Shown here in pieces: positions 11,604 through 23,200 of a stretch of 64,000 bases of DNA. Both the position numbers and the translations under genes were made by a program. The stretch is from Squalus acanthias (Eukaryota): positions 138,262,001 to 138,326,000 of the forward strand of contig CM059431.1 of the NCBI GenBank assembly GCA_030390025.1. Direction: 5' to 3'. How positions within the stretch are numbered: the first letter of the stretch is position 1; each line of letters opens with the position of its first letter. Under the pieces are notes generated by a model that made no database searches, was not told the DNA's origin, and saw nothing but the letters and a program-made list of their open reading frames with translations.

Positions 11604-11729
11604 ATATACCGTTCCAGTCTCCTACTCGGTCTATACCTGCTGGCAGTTTTGGATCTGTTGTTATCAATTGTCGTTTCCATTTTCGAGGGCAAGGAGTTGT
11701 GGAACCATTCCAAAATACACGTCAATAAG
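11604..11729 (+). CDS. MS4A-like exon 5 (TM4)
   Basis: ccacag|ATATAC...AATAAG|gtttg; 126 nt; LLAVLDLLLSIVVSIF. Confidence 0.7.
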
Positions 11730-11884
11730 GTTTGTAGTTACAAGACCAAATTACAAATCAATATTTCTGCCTTTGCTGAATATTGACTCTTAAAAATCGG
11801 AGATTGGTTTATACCACGCAAAGGTATTGCAATTTGAAATATTGCGCTAGGATTTACTGTAGCCAGCGGACTAACCGCGCCCGC

Positions 11885-13640
11885 CATTCGTTCGTCTTTT
11901 TTATTCGTTCCTGGTATGTGGGCGTCGCTGGCAAGGCCAGCAGGTATTTCCCATTCCTAATTGCACTTGAGAAGGTGGTGGTGAGCCGCCCTCTTGAACT
12001 GCTGCAGTACGCGTAGTGAAGGCACTCCCACAGTGCTGTTAGGGAGGGAGTCCCAGAATTTTGACCCAGCAACGATAAAGGAACGGCGATTTATTTCCAA
12101 GTCAGAATGGTGTGTAACTTGGAGGGGATCTTGCGGGTGATGGTGTTCGCATGCGCCTGCTACCCTTGTCATTCTTGTTGGAAGAAGTCACTGATTTGGG
12201 AGGTGCTGTGGAAGAAGCCTTGGCAAGTTGCTGCAGTGCATCTTGTTGATGGTACACACTACAGCCACGGTGCGCCGGTGGTGGAGGGAGTGAATGTTTA
12301 ATGTGGTGGATTTTGTGTCAATCAAAAGGGCTGCTTTGTCCTGGATGGGGTCGAGCTTCTTAAGTGTTGTTGGAGCTGTACTCATTCATGCAAGTGTGGA
12401 GTATTCCATCACTCTCCTGGCTTGTGCCTTTTAGATGGTTAAAAAGGCCTTGGGGAGTCAGGAGGTGAGATACTGACCGCAGAATACCTAGCCTCTGACC
12501 TGCTCTTGCGGCCACGGTATATACGTGACTGGTCTAGTTAGGTTGTTGGTCAATCGTGACCCCCAGGATGTTGATGGTGGGGGATTCGACTATTATTATG
12601 CCGTTGAATGTCTAGGGGCGGTGGTTAGACTCTCGCTTTTTGGAGATGGTCATTGTCTTTCACTTGTGTGGCACGGAAGTTACTTGCTACTTATCAGACC
12701 AAGCCTGAATGCTGTCCAAGTCTTGCTGCATGCGTGTATGGATAGCTTCTTTATCTGAGGAGTTGCGAATGGAACTGAACATCGTGCAATCACCAGCGAA
12801 CATCTCGACTTCTGACCTTATGATGGTGGGAAGTTCAATGACGAACCAGCTGGAGTTGGTTGGGCCTAGGATACTGCCCTGAGGAACTCCTGCATCAATG
12901 TCCTGGGGCTGAGATGTTTAACCTGCAACAACCACAACCACCTTCCATTGTGCGAGGTATGACTCCAACCAATGGAGATTTCCACCCCCACCCTCATTTC
13001 CTTTAATTTTAATTTTACTAGGACTCCTTCATGCCACACTCGGTCAAATGCTGCCTTGATGTCATGAGATGTCACTTTCAGCTCAACTCTGGAATTCAGT
13101 TATTTTGTCCATGTTTGGAACAAGGCTGTCATGAGGTCTGGATCTGTGTGGTCCTGGCAGAACGCAAACTGAGCTTCGGTGAGCAGGTTATTGGCGAGTA
13201 AATGCCATTTGATAGCACTATCGAAGACACCTTCGATCACTTTGCTGATGATTGTGAGCAAAATGATGGGGCTATAATTGGTCGGTTTGGATTTGTCCTA
13301 CTTTTTTGTGGTCAGAACATATCTGGGAAGTTTTACACATTGTCGGATGGATGCCAGTGTTGTAGCTATACTGGAACAGCTTGGTTCGGCTAGGTCTTTA
13401 GCAGAACTCTTCAGCACGACAGCCAGGATGTTGTTGGGGTGCATGCTGTATCCAGTGCGCTCAGCCGTTTCTTGATATCACGTGAAATGAATTGAATTGG
13501 CTGAAGACTGGCTTCTCTGATGGTGGGGAACTAAGGAGAAGACTGATATGGTTCTTCCACTCGGCACTTCTGGCTGAAGATGGTTGCAAAAACTTCAGCA
13601 ATGTCTTTTGCACTGGTGTACTGAGCTGCGCCATCATTGA
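11885..13640 (-). mobile_element. L2/CR1-group LINE, 5'-truncated, degraded RT
   Basis: Minus-strand remnants DIKAAFDRVWHEG, GVPQGSILGP-like text, LKKLDPIQDKAA, HSLHHRRTVA, RSFIVAGSKFWDSLP. Confidence 0.8.
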
Positions 13641-13804
13641 GGATGTGGATGTCCATTTAATTTCTATATCCTTTTGTACTTGAAGTTGCAGTAAGTAAGA
13701 GATCCAAAGGTTGCAGCGCACTCTACAGGGCATCTGGGACCAGTGTGAACAGAACAAGCAACTGTTTATCCCCTTCACCAATCATACTGAAGGATTGAAG
13801 TAGG

Positions 13805-15070
13805 TGTAGGGGGTGTTAATGGGGTTAGCCTTCACTTTCTGACTCAGTGACGATTCGAATCGCTCCCACGCCCCTCTGGTTCCTAGACTTTGGACTTATT
13901 TAGGGGTTGTGAACAAAAATGCAGTAGACAACAGGTCTGATGAAAGTATTTTGACTTTATTAAACGAAAAAGGTACCAAACTTAAAACACACTTAATACT
14001 TAAACACAGATTGGGGAGCACACGGTACGGGCGAGGGAGAAAGACAATATACCAAACAAAAACCTTATCCCTCTCAAAGATCCCACTATCTAGCTAGGTT
14101 TTTGCTTTCAGGAGATCAGGGATAATGCTCACCAACGAATCCTTGACAGGATTTTAGAGTCTTTTGATTAAAAGATTTCGTAAGGCCCTTGTTGCTGCGA
14201 GGTGTCCGATGGTCACTGAGGCATTCGCTTTGGTTTCTTCTGTGCTGGTCTGTTTGCTGGCCTTCCTCCTCGTGGCTTGTAGTGGTTTTTGCTGGAGCAG
14301 GGAGAGAGCTGTGTCAGCGTAGTCAGCGAGTCAAAAAGAGAAAAAAAAGTTTGGGGACAGGCTTTCAATTATACTGCCTTTTTTTCGCCCCCAAAAACCC
14401 CTTACTAAAACGTTTCTTTTAGGTTGCAAATGAGCCTTGCTAAGTCCATTGTCTAGTTTGGGCGGGCTTGCCAGTTCCGATGGCTTTAGCTCAGTGTTAA
14501 ACATGTCTTGTTCGTTTTCCGATTTAACACAGCCGATTATCTACGCGCCAAATCTCAACCCAATGGTACTACGTCTTTTGGCGGGCTTTTAAATCTGTCC
14601 TGTGGATACCTGGTTGATTGGTTTTTGATGAAGTACTAAATGTTTTATTGATTTCAGGCTTCTGGTATCCTGTTTGGGCCTGGGAATTTCAAAAGGGGGT
14701 CTTGGATTATTCATATTTCGATGTGTGTGTGAGGCTTTGGGTTTGTCTCTTCCTCCTTGGTAGGATTGCAGTGTAAACAATTCCCAGACAGCTTGATAGG
14801 GCCCCAATACCCAAAGCTGTCCACTGCCTGGCCACGCCCCTCCGCAGCCTGTATTGTGTCTGTGGAAGTTGTCTTTCCCAACAGTAAGATTCAAAAGTCA
14901 TTTTCCTCAGGGTTTTTCTTCCCTGATCTTTAAAATGTCCAAGACTGAGGTTTTTACATCAATCACTTCACTTAGGTCCCATCATCCCAAGTTTGTATGA
15001 AAGGTCCAAAACTCACTCCCTTTAGGGCTCCGTTCGAGTTTCTGGGGGATTTTTTGAAGTATCATTAACA
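13805..15070 (-). repeat. 3' LTR
   Basis: Direct repeat of 23201-24466; TG...CA ends; AATAAA on minus at 13956-13961. Confidence 0.9.
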
Positions 15071-16038
15071 GGTGAGCAAAAATTTCTGATCCCCGAAAAC
15101 CAACCTTCCCCTGTATTATTCAACTAAAAACCCAAACATACATTCCCCTTTTAAAAGTGGTGTTTCAGGTACATACAGGTAAGAATCAATCTTTATTTCA
15201 CATCCAAGCACGGAGAGGGTCCGACACCCCTGCACAGCTTGGAAAAACACATCATACACATCATAAAAATGTCACAACACACAGACACATTTTTTTATTA
15301 AAAGACAAAATTCAAGGTTCGCTCCATCCCTGGCCATAGCCTTTATTTTGATGCACTTCCCAAGTCTCTCCGTGTCTGGAACGGAGCTCCCCGTCCCTTC
15401 CCCTGCACTTTGTACACAGCAGGGAGAGAACTATCCCGAGCTGGCACACCACCAAAGATGGAAAGCCATCCTGATACAGGAAGGCACCTCTATATTCTCG
15501 AAAATATCCCACCAGGGTGGAACTGCTATATACTTGTTCCAAAAATACAGATACAGTTAATAATTCACTTTAAGACATTCACATCCAAGAAAGAAGTGGG
15601 TCCAACACCCCTGCACCACTTGGAAAATATATACATAGAAAACTTTATTCTCAAAATCGATCCAGGCTCATCTCATGCTTTCCGATTTCCTCACTGTAGG
15701 GACACACAAAAACAGATAGCCATGTCCCGAGAAGGTTCTCTGGCTTGACAAGTGATCGAGTCTTGAGAATTTAAAATTAACTCACTAAAAATCCTTAAAT
15801 TACAAAACCTATAAAAGTTTTAATCAAAAGAAACTATATACATTCGCCGTCCGTCTCCGGACGGCTAGCCTAACTCCTGTGTGGACTGCGGCAGGCTGCT
15901 CCCTACAGCATGGCTGTACGGACCCTTACGTCTGGTCCCTCACAGCCTGCGACTGCTGGCTGGGGACCTTTGTCTTTTAACTTAACTTTTGCTCGGGAGT
16001 TCGCCCCTTTAAACCGGAGATTCGGCGACCATGCCTTC

Positions 16039-17193
16039 CTAGGTTGGGTGTCCGAGGGGACCTCCTAGGAAGTGCTTTGGTGGGGCTACCCTGGCGAGCG
16101 GACCCTTGCCGTGGGTCGCAGTCCTCACTGGCTGGGGGCTTTTCCCATGTGGCTCCTCCCCTCCCAAGTCTGAGCTGGGGACAGACAATCCCTCGCTGCT
16201 TGCTGCCGTTGGCTTTGAGTCCTCGCCTCCAGGTTCAAAACCTGGGTCGGGGGTGGGGCTATCTGGTTCGGGCTCCTCCTCCTCCCTACCTGAGTCCCAG
16301 AAGAGAAGGGGGGTGTTTTGAACAGGGTTCTGGGTGACTCCTCCCTCAAGACAGGCCACTACGCCTGCTTGTGCAGTCTGTGAATTTGCAACTGCTGCAG
16401 GCTGAGGATTTCTAACCTGGGGGAAGTCCACCTTTGCCGGCTGTTCCCTTTTAGGTTTTAACAGTTTGCACTGGTCAGTCTCCCACTCGTGGGTTCTCTG
16501 GGGTTCTAACAGCAGCCCATCTTTCTGGTTCCCCAGGATACTGGCTGCTTGCCAGTGACTCTGTTTTAAAATCTCTTCCTCTGCCCTGAACCGACCTTCT
16601 AGGGACTCCCCATTCTCTCCCTTTACTAGGCCGGCCTTAAAGACGGGATTCTGGGGTTGGACCTGCTTTAAGTCCGGGGGCAAAGCTACCCCCTGTTTGC
16701 CTCCTTTATCCCGGATTGCAGCTACCGGACCTGCTTTAAAGGGATCCCAGAACTCTCTTTCCCTGGCCCCCTGCTTGGCCAATTTACCAGCCTTTTGGTT
16801 ACCCTCCCACTTTTTATGGAGGGATCCTAAATCTATGTCCAAAGGTTTGGACATTGCCCCAGCCTGCTTGTTCCCTATGATTCCCATTAAGCTGTACGGG
16901 ACCCCGTTAGACCTGGGTGAATTGCTCAGGTCTTCCGATTGGACCACCGGGCTGGCAGCTCCGGTGTCCACCAAACATCTCCCCTGCACTTTCTCCACCC
17001 CCTTCTTACCATCGTATCCCGGGGAATACAGGTGGACAGGCTGCGCTGGTTCTAGTCGTAGGTCTGCTTTAGGGGGGCCAGATGGGATTAAAGCGTCAGT
17101 GGCTGTAGCCACCTTCCCTGGGCCACCAAACAGGACTCTGATGGCCGCTACTATTGTGTACAGTGTGGGGGAATAGGTCGGTGCATCTACCTT
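16039..17193 (-). pseudogene. Protease fused in frame to RNase H C-terminus and pol tail (RT and IN core deleted)
   Basis: CLVDTGAASPVV...LMGIIG (aspartic protease) runs directly into EGNQKAGKLAKQGA (retroviral-type RNase H GN-xx-AD-xLAK motif), then a Pro/Glu-rich tail. Confidence 0.75.
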
Positions 17194-17273
17194 AACATAG
17201 AACATAGAACAGTACAGCACAGTACAGGCCCTTCGGCCCTCGATGTTGTGCCGAGCATTGTCCGAGACCAAGA

Positions 17274-20060
17274 TCAAGCTATCACACTCCCTATCATTCT
17301 GGTGTGCTCCATGTGCTTATCCAATAACCGCTTGAAAGTTCCTAAAGTGTCCGATTCCACTATCACAGCAGGCAGTCCATTCCACACCCCAACCACTCTC
17401 TGAGTAAAGAATCTACCTCGGACATCCCTTCTATATCTCCCCCCATGCACCTTATAGCTATGCCCCCTTGTAACAGCTGCCTCTACCCGAGGAAATAGTC
17501 TCTGAACATCCATTCTATCTATCCCCCTCATCATCTTATAAACCTCTATTAAGTCGCCTCTCATCCTCCTCCGCTCTAAAGAGAAAAGCCCCAACTCCCT
17601 CAATCTTTCCTCATAAGACCTCCCCCCCCAAACCAGGCAGCATCCTGGTAAATCTCCTTTGCACTCTTTCCAATGCTTCCACGTCCTTCCTATAGTGAGG
17701 TGACCAGAACTGCACACAATATTCCAAATGTGGTCTCACCAAGGTCCTGTACAGTTGCAGCATAACCTCACGGTTCTTAAACTCAAACCCTCTGTTAATA
17801 AACGCCAACACACCATAGGCCTTCTTTACTGCTCTATCCACTTGAGTGGCAACCTTCAGAGATCTGTGGATATGAACCCCCAGATCCCTCTGCTCCTCCA
17901 CGTTCCTCAGAACCCTGCTGTTGACCCTGTAATCCTTATTCACATTTGCCCTACCAAAATGAATCACCTCGCACTTATCAGGGTTAAATTCCATCTGCCA
18001 TTTTTCGGCCCAGCTCTGCATCCTATCAATGTCTCTTTGCAGCCTACAACTGCCCTCCACCTCATCACTACTCCACCAATCTTGGTGTCATCAGCAAATT
18101 TACTGATCCACCCTTCAGTCCCCTCCTCCAAGTCATTGATAAAAATCACAAACAGCAGAGGACCCAGCACCGACCCCTGTGGCACACCGCTGGTAACTGG
18201 TCTCCAGTCCGAAAATGTTCCATCCACCACCACCCTCTGCCTTCTATGAGATAGCCAGTTACTTATCCAATCGGCCAAATTTCCCTCTATCCCACAACTC
18301 CTTACTTTCTTCATGAGCCGACCATGGGGAACCTTATCAAACGCCTTACTAAAATCCATGTATACGACATCAACTGCTCTACCTTCATCTACACACTTAG
18401 TTACCTCCTCAAAGAATTCAATCAAATTTGTTAGGCAAGACTTACCCTTCACGAATCCGTGTTGACTATCCCTGATTAAGTTGCCCCTTTCCAAATGGTC
18501 ATAAATCCTATCCCTCAGGACCTTTTCCATTATCTTACCAACCACCGAAGTAAGACTAACCGGCCTATAATTACCAGGGTCATTCCTATTTCCTTTCTTG
18601 AAGAGAGGAACAACATTCGCCACTCTCCAGTCCTCTGGCACCATCCCCGTGGACAGTAAGGACCCAAAGATCAAAGCCAGAGGCGCTGCAATCTCCTCCC
18701 TTGCCTCCCAAAGAATCCTAGGATATATCCCATCTGGCCCAGGGGACTTATCGACCCTCAGGTTCTTCAAAATTGCTAAAACATCTTCCCTCAGAACATC
18801 TACCACCTCCAGCCTATCCACCTTTATCACACTCTCTTCCTCAAGAACATGGCCCCTCTCCTCGGTGAACACTGACGAAAAGTATTCATTCATCACCTCT
18901 CCTATCTCTTCTGACTCCATGCACAAGTTCCCACTACTGTCCTTGACCGGCCCTACCCTCACCCTGGTCACTCTTTTATTTCTCACATAAGAGTAAAAAG
19001 CCTTGGGGTTTTTCTTGATCCGACCCGCCAAGGACTTCTCATGCCCCCTCCTAGCTCTCCTAAGCTCTTTTTTTAGCTCATTCCTTGCTACCTTGTACCC
19101 CTCAATCGACCCAACTGAACCTTGTTTTCTCATCCTTACATACGCTTCCTTTTTCCTCTTGACTAGACATTCAACCTCTTTTGTGAACCATGGTTCTCTC
19201 ACTCGGCCATTTCCTCCCTGCCTGACAGGGACATACCTATCAAGGACACGCAGTAATTGCTCCATGAAAAAGCTCCGCTTTTCGTTTGTGCCTTTCCCTG
19301 ATAGTTTCTGTTCCCATCTTATACTCCCTAATTCTTGCCTAATCGCATCATAATTACCCCTCCCCCAATTATAAACCCTGCCCTGCCGTATGGCCCTATC
19401 CCTCTCCATTGCAATAGTGAAAGTTACCGAATTGTGGTCACTATCTCCAAAGTGCTCTCCCACATACAAATCAAACACTTGGCCCGGTTCATTACCCAGT
19501 ACTAAATCCAACGTGGCCCCACCTCTTGTCGGCCTATCCACATATTGTGTCAGGAAACCCTCCTGCACACACTGTGCAAAAACTATCCCATCCGAACTGT
19601 TTGACCTATAAAGGTTCCAATCAATATTTTGAAAGTTGAAGTCACCCATGACAACTACTCTGTGACCTCCACACCTATTCATAATCTGCTTTGCAATTTC
19701 TTCCTCCACATCTTTATTACTATTTGGGGGCCTGTAGAAAACTCCTAACAACGTGACCGCTCCTTTCCTATTTCTAACTTCAGCCCATATTACCTCAGAC
19801 GGCAGATCCCCGTCGAACTGCCTTTCTGCCGCTGTTAAACTATCCTTGATTAACAATGCTACTCCTCCACCTTTCTTAGCAACTTCCCTACTCTTACTGA
19901 AACATCTATACCCCGGAACTTCCAACAACCATTCCTGTCCCTGTTCTAACCATGTCTCCGTAATGGCCACCACATCGTAGTCCCAAGTACCAATCCACGC
20001 TCCAAGTTCTCCTACCTTAGTCCGGATGCTCCTTGCATTGAAGTAGACACACTTCAAGCC
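17274..20060 (-). pseudogene. CR1 ORF2 (APE endonuclease + RT) with two frameshifts (~18063, ~17625)
   Basis: [47 protein letters not shown] across three consecutive ORFs. Confidence 0.9.
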
Positions 20061-20170
20061 ATCTTCCTGTCTGCCGGTACATTCCTGCGACCTTGATACC
20101 CTCCTCAGTACCTCCCTACACTCACCACTGGCTCGTGGACTACAGCCCTTTTTACCATCCCCCAGACAAA

Positions 20171-21097
20171 TTAGTTTAAACCCCCCCGAAGAGCCGTAGC
20201 AAATTTCCCTCCCAGGATATTGGTGCCCCTCTGGTTCAGGTGCAAACCGTCCTGTTTGTACAGGTCCCACCTTCCCCAGAATGTGCTCCAATTATCCACA
20301 TAACTGAAACCCTCCCCCCTACACCATCCCTGCAGCCACGTGTTTATCTGCACTCTCTCCCTGTTCCTCAACTCGCTAGCACGTGGCACCGGCAACAAAC
20401 CAGAAATTACAACATGGTTTGTACTGGCTCTCAGCTTCCAACCTAGCTCCCTAAATTCCTGTTTTAAATCCCCGTCCCTTCTCCTACCTATGTCGTTGGT
20501 ACCGATGTGTACCACGACTTGTGATTGTTCCCGTTCCCCTTTGAGGATTCTGAAAACACGGTCCGAGACGTCACGGACCCTGGCACCCGGGAGGCAACAT
20601 ACCATCCGTGAGTCTCTTTTGCTGCCACAGAACCTCCTATCTGTCCCTCTGACTATTGAGTCCCCAATAACTATTGCTCTCCTGCTCTCCCCCCTTCCCT
20701 TCTGAGCCACAGGGACCGACCCAGCGCCGGAGATCCGGTCACCGTGGCTTACCACTGGTAAGTCGTCCCCCTCAACAGTATTCAAAGCGGTATACCTGTT
20801 ACTGAGGGGAACAACCACAGAGGATCCCTGCACTGACTGCTTCCTCCTAGCTCCTCTCACCGTCACCCATCTATCTTCATGCTTTGGAGTAATTACATCC
20901 CTGAAGCTTCTATCTATGACCTCCTCTGCCTCCCGAATGATCCGAAGTTCATCCAGCTCCAGCTCCAGTTCCCTAACACGGTTTTCGAGGAGCTGGAGAT
21001 GGGTGCACTTCCCACAGGTGTAATCAGCAGGGACACCTACGGCGTCCCTCACCTCAAACATTCTGCAGGAGGAACATTTCACTGCCTCCCCTGCCAT
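20171..21097 (-). CDS. CR1 ORF1p (zinc finger, leucine zipper, SGNH esterase-like), 308 aa
   Basis: CSSC...[27 protein letters not shown]. Confidence 0.9.
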   Translation of the reverse strand: MAGEAVKCSSCRMFEVRDAVGVPADYTCGKCTHLQLLENRVRELELELDELRIIREAEEVIDRSFRDVITPKHEDRWVTVRGARRKQSVQGSSVVVPLSNRYTALNTVEGDDLPVVSHGDRISGAGSVPVAQKGRGESRRAIVIGDSIVRGTDRRFCGSKRDSRMVCCLPGARVRDVSDRVFRILKGEREQSQVVVHIGTNDIGRRRDGDLKQEFRELGWKLRASTNHVVISGLLPVPRASELRNRERVQINTWLQGWCRGEGFSYVDNWSTFWGRWDLYKQDGLHLNQRGTNILGGKFATALRGGLN

Positions 21098-21295
21098 CCC
21101 CTCCAGCTAACTTGCAGATTAAACTAGAACAAAAAAGAGCTTACCTGATAGTCACTCACCTCCTTTAGGTTAGAGGAGGAGGAAGGGTGGGGGACACTAC
21201 AAGTGTAGTGTCTCGGGTTAAGGAACCGCCCAACTTATATACAGGTAAAAATTACTCACCTACCCAGCAACCACTGCGTCCCGCACTTTAAACGC

Positions 21296-21515
21296 CTCTG
21301 TGGGCCTACCTGATCGCCGCCGCCTCTTAAGTCCTCCGCCTTGCCGCAGCCGCTCCACCCAGGTCCGCCGCCTCTGTGGGCCTACCTGGTCGCCGCCGCC
21401 TCTTAAGTCCTCCGCCTTGCCGCAGCCGCTCCACCCAGGTCCGCCGCCTCTGTGGGCCTACCTGGTCGCCGCCGCCTCTTAAGTCCTCCGCCTCGCCGCT
21501 TCCGCTCCACCCAGG
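21296..21515 (-). repeat. ~3 x 76-bp GC-rich tandem monomers in CR1 5' UTR
   Basis: ctctgtgggcctacc recurs at 21296, 21372 and 21448. Confidence 0.9.
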
Positions 21516-23198
21516 GGCAAAAGCTGGGGAATTCTTTGCTAGGCTATCCTTCCAGGGATTCCTACAGTCCTTTCTCCAGTGCCCAGTCTTCCCGCACCCG
21601 AAGCAGCTACGCTTTGTGTTGGAAGGTTTACCACCTTCCTGGTGCCACTCCTTCTTATCCTGACTGGGCTTTATCTCATGCACCTTCCCTTTCGGTGGGT
21701 TGTCTTCAGCTCCCCTACCGTTCCAGTAGGCTAGGGTCAGTTGCCTGACCACTGCCTCCTCGGTGACCCGGGGGTCTCTTGGGTCAAACCAAAGCTCAGC
21801 CTTGGCTTTGACTCGTGGCAAGCTGTTTGCCACTAGTCTACGAAGCCAGTGGGCCAGCTTGTCCCTGTTCAGGTTAGCCCTGTCTAGAGCCCCATTACAA
21901 GCACCCTTGTACACCGGCCACAGCCTGTCTGCGAAAGCCTGTGGGGTCTCCCCTGCGAGCTGCACTGTTTTCTCCACCCGGGAAAAAGGACTTCCCTCAT
22001 TCATTCCCATGGCCTCTAAAACTCCCTCTCTGACGGCAGCATACCCGTTCTGTCCTCTCTTTCTCTCAGTAGACAGGGACTAGTATAGTTTGCCATCTAA
22101 TGAGAACAGAAGCATTTTTGCCATCTTGGCATCATCACAGTCGTTGATGCCTGCTGTCTGCTCCACCTCCATGAAGTGGACAGAGGGGTCTTCCTTTTGG
22201 GTAAGTTTACTCAGGTGGCTTACCATAGCCCTAATCTGTTGTGTACCGTGGGGAGCCAAGAATTGACTTTCAAGGGTTCCCTGACCTCCACCACCGGCGG
22301 GCGGGCCGAATTTTTGCTGTCGTGCTGGGCACATTGGCCCTGGCTCCGACTTCTCCTGCATCGGTTTGCCCCCCTCTCCCTGCTGCCAGACCGAGTCAAA
22401 ACTCGGCGCCACAGCTGCTGGTGTGCACTCCCTTTCAGCCTCATAGATTTTCTGCCCCTCCTGCTGCCGAACCAAGCTTCTCCTTGGCGCCACAGGTGGT
22501 GGTCGAACAGTCTTCCCTTGCTCCTCCAGGTCTACCTGGGCCGCACCCGGGCTAATCAGGCACAGCATGCCTTTTGTCTCGGACAGAGCAAGGTTCAGAC
22601 TCTAAATCTGCTTCTGACAGGGGCCCTGGTCCCCGACCTCAAACTCCCTTGTACTGGCTTCTCTGTAAGCTGCCTGAACATCGTTTAACTTCTCTGTGAT
22701 ATCCCTTAATTGCTTGGCAAGGCGGGTGTTCTCTTCCCGCAATGCCAGTTCACTACTTTTGGCCTCGGTGGCCTGAAACTGGAGGTATCCCTTACTGGCA
22801 CGGTGTTCCTCCAGCATCTGTGACTGTTCCTGATCTTTTGTGCCTAGCTCTGCTAACAACCTATCCCCTGCTATAGCTCTGGCATGGGACAGTTGGCTTT
22901 CTTCCTTTAGCTCTTCTGTGATAGCCTGATTGCGCTTCCCCATAAGTTGTATTTGTTTCTGGGAGCAGACCAACCATATGGCTTTCTCCACAGACTTATT
23001 GTATTCCTTGCTCTCAGTCCATGCAGCTGCAGCGTCCATAGCACATTCAGCATGCAACAGCCTGAGGACACATTTCCTGGTGACATTTACTTTTTTGTAT
23101 ACAAAGGATGACATTCTCTCTCCTATTTTTGATCTCTCCTCAAAACCAGCATGTACTGCTCCACAACCCTTTCGGCAAAGTCCTGCCGCGGTCGCCAT
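21516..23198 (-). pseudogene. gag: gag-like ORF with two in-frame TAG stops (22602-22604, 22080-22082)
   Basis: ORFs 22602-23231, 22080-22568 and 21327-22010 share one frame: coiled-coil region, QLAGETPQAFADRLW (MHR-like), CFGCGKTGHWRKDC zinc knuckle. Confidence 0.85.
23180..23197 (-). promoter_or_regulatory. Primer-binding site complementary to tRNA-Arg(TCG) 3' end
   Basis: Plus strand GTCCTGCCGCGGTCGCCA matches, from memory, the 3' 18 nt (with CCA) of vertebrate tRNA-Arg-TCG; it lies 3 nt from the LTR end. Confidence 0.8.
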
Positions 23199-23200
23199 TA

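Larger units (their letters stand above)
1408..11729 (+). pseudogene. MS4A/CD20-like four-transmembrane gene, 5 coding exons found, premature stop in exon 2; terminal exon not found
   Basis: Phase-0 exons with canonical AG/GT: 1408-1572 (MATSLG...LMGKANALG|gtaag), 7409-7519 (VNQILFGIVIIIFWTPLIL*SRSVAGGHKLHWCGALS|gtgag, TAA at 7466-7468), 8436-8492 (FLISGSLWCVMEKTSSTGL|gtaag), 9527-9607 (VATCLALSAISALLGVTSLILLFNYTE|gttag), 11604-11729 (IYRSSLLLGLYLLAVLDLLLSIVVSIFEGKELWNHSKIHVNK|gtttg). These match MS4A motifs (KALG-xxQI, W-G, FIISGSL). Confidence 0.8.
17194..21515 (-). mobile_element. CR1 LINE, near full length, inserted between gag and pro of the LTR element
   Basis: ORF1 + ORF2, 3' (TTCTATG)n tail at 17194-17210, tandem monomers in the 5' UTR. 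Confidence 0.95.

Noticed and set aside
13936..13970. CTGATGA...GAAA hammerhead look-alike in the 3' LTR
   Set aside because: Antisense to the element, stem II does not abut GAAA, and the other LTR has CTGGTGA.
14189..14901. Duplicated short ORFs (also 23553-24294)
   Set aside because: They recur only because they lie in the two LTRs; no recognisable protein motifs.
17194..17277. N-terminus of the 412-aa ORF (16039-17277) as a real chimeric protein
   Set aside because: The first ~28 codons are CR1 3' UTR read through by chance into the protease.
23180..23197. tRNA-Arg gene
   Set aside because: Only the 3' 18 nt including CCA are present; this is a PBS.
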